A stretch of DNA of 63,623 nt, the filler included, from Stramenopiles sp. TOSAG23-6 (Eukaryota), in the NCBI GenBank assembly GCA_900128565.1. It is 9 parts of 9 records of this genome, joined end to end, with 100 filler letters (N's around TTAATTAATTAA, not from the genome) between each part and the next. Parts side by side here need not be neighbours in the genome. Positions count along the whole stretch, not along the records: positions 59,319 to 60,687 come from LT639160.1; positions 60,788 to 62,156 come from LT639161.1; positions 62,257 to 63,623 come from LT639162.1; 6 more parts are not named here. The stretch is one strand, 5' to 3'. Under the pieces are notes generated by a model. It saw only the letters and a list, made by a program, of their open reading frames with translations. It was not told the origin of the DNA and did no database searches. The first letter of the stretch is position 1, and every line of letters begins with the position of its first letter. The translations under genes and the position numbers were made by a program. Of the stretch, positions 59,319-63,623 are shown one piece after another.

Positions 59319-60687
59319 TGTTTATTATTTTGATGTTCAGAAATATGTGCAGATACAACATATGCTGCATACAATTGAACAATTTGTTTCACTCTATTTT
59401 GACAAAAGTATAATACATTTCGAATTTCTATTGGTAATAAAGCATCTCGTTGTTGTGCATCATTTGAATTGAGACTTTGATTACCTATAACAAAGTTTGG
59501 TGCAATCATTCGAGAATGTTGTTCAATATTTTTTACTTTTTTTGAGTGAAACAATTTGAATAAATTTTGTATACTTTGACTCATTTTTGTACATTTTCGA
59601 GTATTTTGCTGAATATTAATCCTTTGTGTAGATATTTTACGTTCAATTTGATCAACATTTGATTGAAGATCTTTCACAAGGATAGAAGATTTTACCTTTT
59701 TTTGTTTATGTTGCTTTTCATTTTCATTCATATTTGTTTCTAAAGATAAAATGGCCTTTTGAATTTGTATGTTATCCAAATCTAATTTTTGTAATACTTC
59801 AAATTTAAGCATTTTATTTTGTTCAATTTCTAAAATACTTTGAACCAATTCATCAACAGTTTCAATACCAGTCGATTTGCTGATGTTTATCCACATATTT
59901 TTATGATGTTCAATCTTATTATCCATTATTGAAGTATCTGTATCTGTATCATATTTTGTAAAAAAATATTTTTTTTTTTTTTTTTGGTTAGGTTAGATTA
60001 GGTTAGGTATGAAATTTCGTAATAAAAAAAAAATAAAGAAAAATAAATGTTAAAAATGTTGAAAATGTACATTTGGTGCACATTGACTTTTTGTTGATTT
60101 GAGAGTTTTCACTGAACTTTTTTTTCCTTTCTTATTTTGTTTTGCTAATTTTCTTTTTATATCATTTTTCTCTTTTTCAATTTTTGCCTCATCTAAAATT
60201 TTCTGATCACGTCGGAGAGAATTTAACTCCATTTCTAATACTTTTTTTTGTGTAACAAAATGTTTCTGAATACTTTCAATTTTTCTCTCCGCAATGTCAC
60301 GTGCATTATACATTGAATGAAGAGAATATTTTGCATTTTCTAGAGATTTATTTGCAGCAATGACTTGTTTTTTTGAATCTTCAAAAGCATTATAATACAA
60401 CATTTTTTCTGTTCTGAGGTAATTGATTTGTTTTTTATACTCCTGAATTTTACTGATCATCATTGACAAAGTTTTTTTCTCATTTACTGTTCGACGTTCA
60501 CTGACATCTAATAAACGCTGTACATGTATTATGAAAAAATATTTTTTTTGTAATTTTTTTGTTAGGTACAAAATTTCGTACGAAAAAAAAATTTAGATAA
60601 AAAATTGAAAAAAAATAAAACGTATATGACGTCGTTCTCTTTCCTCTGCCCATGTACCAAGAGCATACCCTTTTTGTTGTACTGCAA
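59319..60687 (-). CDS. Coiled-coil protein resembling the outer dynein arm docking complex (CCDC63/CCDC114 family), partial; exons 60687-60626, 60523-60071, 59950-59319
   Basis: ISKSTGIETVDELVQSILEIEQN..F..L; INYLRTEK..Y...F. Confidence 0.6.
59951..60070 (-). mobile_element. Introner-like intron, GT-AT, 120 nt, with a reiterated branch motif
   Basis: AT|GTACAT...CATACCTAACCTAATCTAACCTAAC...AAAATAT|GAT. Confidence 0.7.
60524..60625 (-). mobile_element. Introner-like intron, AT-AT, 102 nt
   Basis: AT|ATACGT...CGTACGAAATTTTGTACCTAAC...AATACAT|GTA; joins ERRH to VQRL. Confidence 0.7.
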
Positions 60688-60923
60688 NNNNNNNNNNNNN
60701 NNNNNNNNNNNNNNNNNNNNNNNNNNNNNNNTTAATTAATTAANNNNNNNNNNNNNNNNNNNNNNNNNNNNNNNNNNNNNNNNNNNNTACAAAATTTCGT
60801 ATGAAAAAAAAAATATTTTTGAAAAAATATTTCAAAAAAAAATTCTAAAAAATTTGTTAGGTACAAAATTTTCAAAAAAAAAATAAATTCGATTTTTTTT
60901 GTAAAAAAATAACTAAAACTTAC

Positions 60924-61334
60924 ATAATCTCTATTAAATGATTCAACCGTCGGATAAGTTTCATTTTGTTGTTGATGTTGTATATTTTTGTTATGATGTT
61001 TATTACTTTTATTTGTAGTTGTTTTACATTGTAAAATTCCAGTCGCTGATTTTGGAACAAAACTGTTCTCTGTGTTTGACTGTGCATTTTGTTTTTTTTG
61101 TTTTTGTATTGTTTTTTTTAAACTATCTTCAGAATTTTTATATTTTTTGACAGTAGTTGATGATGATCTATGACCACCGATGGTACTGACAGATACAATT
61201 TCGGAGGTTTGAATGAGACTATCACGAGACACATTTGTAGTATTTTTAGTTTTAGGGTTTTTAGGGTTTTTAGCACCCATTACACGTATTCCTTGTGTAA
61301 TAAGTAATATGGTTAGTAAAGCATTTTTCATCAT
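60924..61334 (-). CDS. Predicted secreted protein, first exon (followed by a family intron starting at 60923)
   Basis: Signal-like MKNALLTILLITQG; AT|GTAAGT donor. Confidence 0.55.
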
Positions 61335-61444
61335 GTTGTTTAGTAAAGTCGTTTTAGTACTTGGAGAAACTTTACGCGCAACAACTCAAAAAGAATTTCT
61401 TTATTTTTCAATTGTTCTTTTATTATCACAGATATTGAATACGT

Positions 61445-62040
61445 ATGGATATATTTCAAGATGCAAAGTTCATGGCTTCATTACCCACAGGTCCACGTAT
61501 TCGAGATGATGACGAAGAGGACACATACACTGTAAGCCGGGAACGATCGAGCCGCTATGAACGTTTTGATAGACATAAACAGCGTTCTTCATCCTCAGGT
61601 AGTTATGACGCACGCGCTGCTAGAGGCCCAGATTCACGACAATATACGCGAGATAACATGTATCGTGGAACAAATGGTACATATGGACGTCATGAATCAC
61701 CACAAAGACTTGGCCCAGCCCCAACACGAGAGCAGCAAAGTATTGATGATGTACTTTTTGACGCCTTAGAAAACCCACGCGAGCGTATGAATGTATTACA
61801 GTTCGAAGACGCTATTGTCTCTTTTATGAATGATCGTATTGATCAAAGACTTGATTTTCTTGGTTTGACTTCATTTCATAGACTTTTAGTTCATCGCCTG
61901 GCGTTGCGATTTAGATTACAACGCGAAACCTTTGACAGAGTTGATTGTATTGGTGGTGATGAAAAATTTAGATCGTTTCAACTAGATCGAAGTCGCAATT
62001 ATTATGATAGTTTATGTTTATGTCTTTATAAGGATATGTA
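61445..62040 (+). CDS. R3H-domain protein (R3HDM/encore-like), 3' truncated at a family intron
   Basis: ALENPRER..VL.FE..I..F; LTSFHRLLVHRLALRFRL. Confidence 0.85.
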
Positions 62041-62256
62041 TAGTATGTTTTCATTATGAATTTCTAATTTATTTTTTTTTGAAAATTTTGTACCTAACAA
62101 TTTTTTTTTTTTTGAGTTTTTATTTCGATACGTTTTTCATTATGAATTTCAAATTTNNNNNNNNNNNNNNNNNNNNNNNNNNNNNNNNNNNNNNNNNNNN
62201 TTAATTAATTAANNNNNNNNNNNNNNNNNNNNNNNNNNNNNNNNNNNNNNNNNNNN

Positions 62257-63623
62257 ATAATCGAGACTGTAATAATCTCATAACAACCTTTCGTTGTAGT
62301 GCTACGTCATGATTTTCTTTTTCAATCATAGCATCAATAATACTACGCCAACACTGAAATGCTGAAAATAGTTTTGAATTCATCAAACGCAAAATGACCT
62401 TCCTTGCACGTAATTTGCGTTGTTCATTGAACTTCTGCTGCATTAGTTCAATCTTTAATGAATATGCATTACGTTGCCATGTGTTCAAAGCACAGAATAA
62501 TTTTTGTCGCCCCCAATGTTGAATACTACGACTCATGATATGCCTCGCTTTTTCTTTCTGTCGATCAAGCTCCTTGAGACGTTCAACAAAACATATCCAA
62601 GGAAGAAATGCAGACCATAATTGAGAACGCATTATCCTCATAACAACCTTTCGCTGTAATGCAATATCATGTTTTTCCTTTTCAATCATAGCATCAATAA
62701 TACTACGCCAACGCTGAAATGATGAGAATAATTTTGAATTCATCATACGCAGAATGACCTTCCTCGCCCGTAATTTGCATTGTTCATTGAACTTGTGCTG
62801 CATTGATTTTATGCTTAATGTATATGCATTACGTTGCCATGTGTTCCAAGCACAGAATATTCTTTGTTGCTCCCATCGTTGAATACCGCGACTCATTATG
62901 CGTCTCGCTTTTTGCTTTTCTCGACCAAGCTTCTTTAGATGTTCAACGTTACGTATCCATGGGAGAAATGCAGACCATAATCGAGATTGCAATAATCTCC
63001 TCACAATCTTGCGTTGTAATTGTCGTTCACATTGTTCTCTTGCAATAATGATATCAACAATGTTACGCCAATGTCGAACAGCATAATATAGTTTGGAATT
63101 CAGTAATCGTAAAATTACCTTTCGAGCGCGTACTTTACGCTGTTCATTGAACTTCTGTTGGATTAATTGAACATTCAGCGCATGTACATGGTTTCGCCAC
63201 GAGTTCCAACCACAAAATACTCTTTGTCTCTCCCATCGATGAATACCCAGCGTCATTATATGCCTGGCTTTTTCCTTCTGTCTATCAAGCTCCTTTAGAT
63301 TTTCAACATTGCATATCCATGGTAGAAATGCAGACCATAATTGTGAGTGAAATAATCTCATAACAACCTTTCGTTGAAGTGCTACGTCATGTTTTTCTTT
63401 TTCAATCATTGCATCAATGATACTACGCCAGCACTGGAATGCAGAACACAGCTGCGAATGTATCAAACGCAAAATGACCTTCCTTGATGATCGCACTTTA
63501 AGCTGTTCATTGAACTTGCGTTTAATAATTTCCATCTTTAATAAATTTGTATTACGTTGCCATGTATTCCAACCACAAAACAATCTTTGCCGCTCCCACC
63601 GCTGAATACCAAGACTCATAATG
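62257..63623 (-). CDS. Sfi1-like Trp-periodic repeat protein, internal fragment with 360-bp (120-aa) tandem units
   Basis: Recurring L..AF..W units; TAACAACCTTTCG at 62281, 62641 and 63361. Confidence 0.65.

Overview
Eukaryotic nuclear DNA from an AT-rich, gene-dense protist, probably flagellated (dynein docking-complex-like, tubulin deglutamylase, Sfi1-like, IP3R and AP2 genes; TTAGGG-type repeats). A stramenopile affinity is only a guess. The window is nine unrelated contigs (six of about 9.8 kb, three of about 1.4 kb) joined by N-TTAATTAATTAA-N linkers, so gene order across linkers has no meaning. About 30 protein genes are recognisable, including riboflavin kinase, RAD23-like, cytosolic carboxypeptidase, GSK3, LMW-PTP, SDHAF2, IP3R, p300/CBP, TFIIF-beta, DnaJ, an AP2-ELM2-SANT factor, an F-box-UBA-actin fusion, glucosidase II beta-like and condensin CAP-G. 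The main finding is a repeated, introner-like intron family. I could delimit 24 complete copies (mostly 90-120 nt) plus several truncated ones, all in the sense orientation of their host gene. The consensus is [exon..AT]GTAYGT-polyT-TTCRTACGAAATTTTGTACCTAAC-(A/T run)-GAAATATTTTT-CAMAATACAT[exon]. Restoring the reading frames, including conserved proteins, requires most copies to end in AT rather than AG: 20 end in AT, 1 in TT and 3 in AG, and one copy each starts with GC or AT. The terminal AT looks like the second copy of a 2-bp AT target-site duplication flanking GTAT..ATAC inverted ends. An intergenic MITE-like hairpin carries the same core motifs, and ordinary GT-AG introns also occur. All splice junctions are inferred from DNA alone; there is no transcript evidence here.
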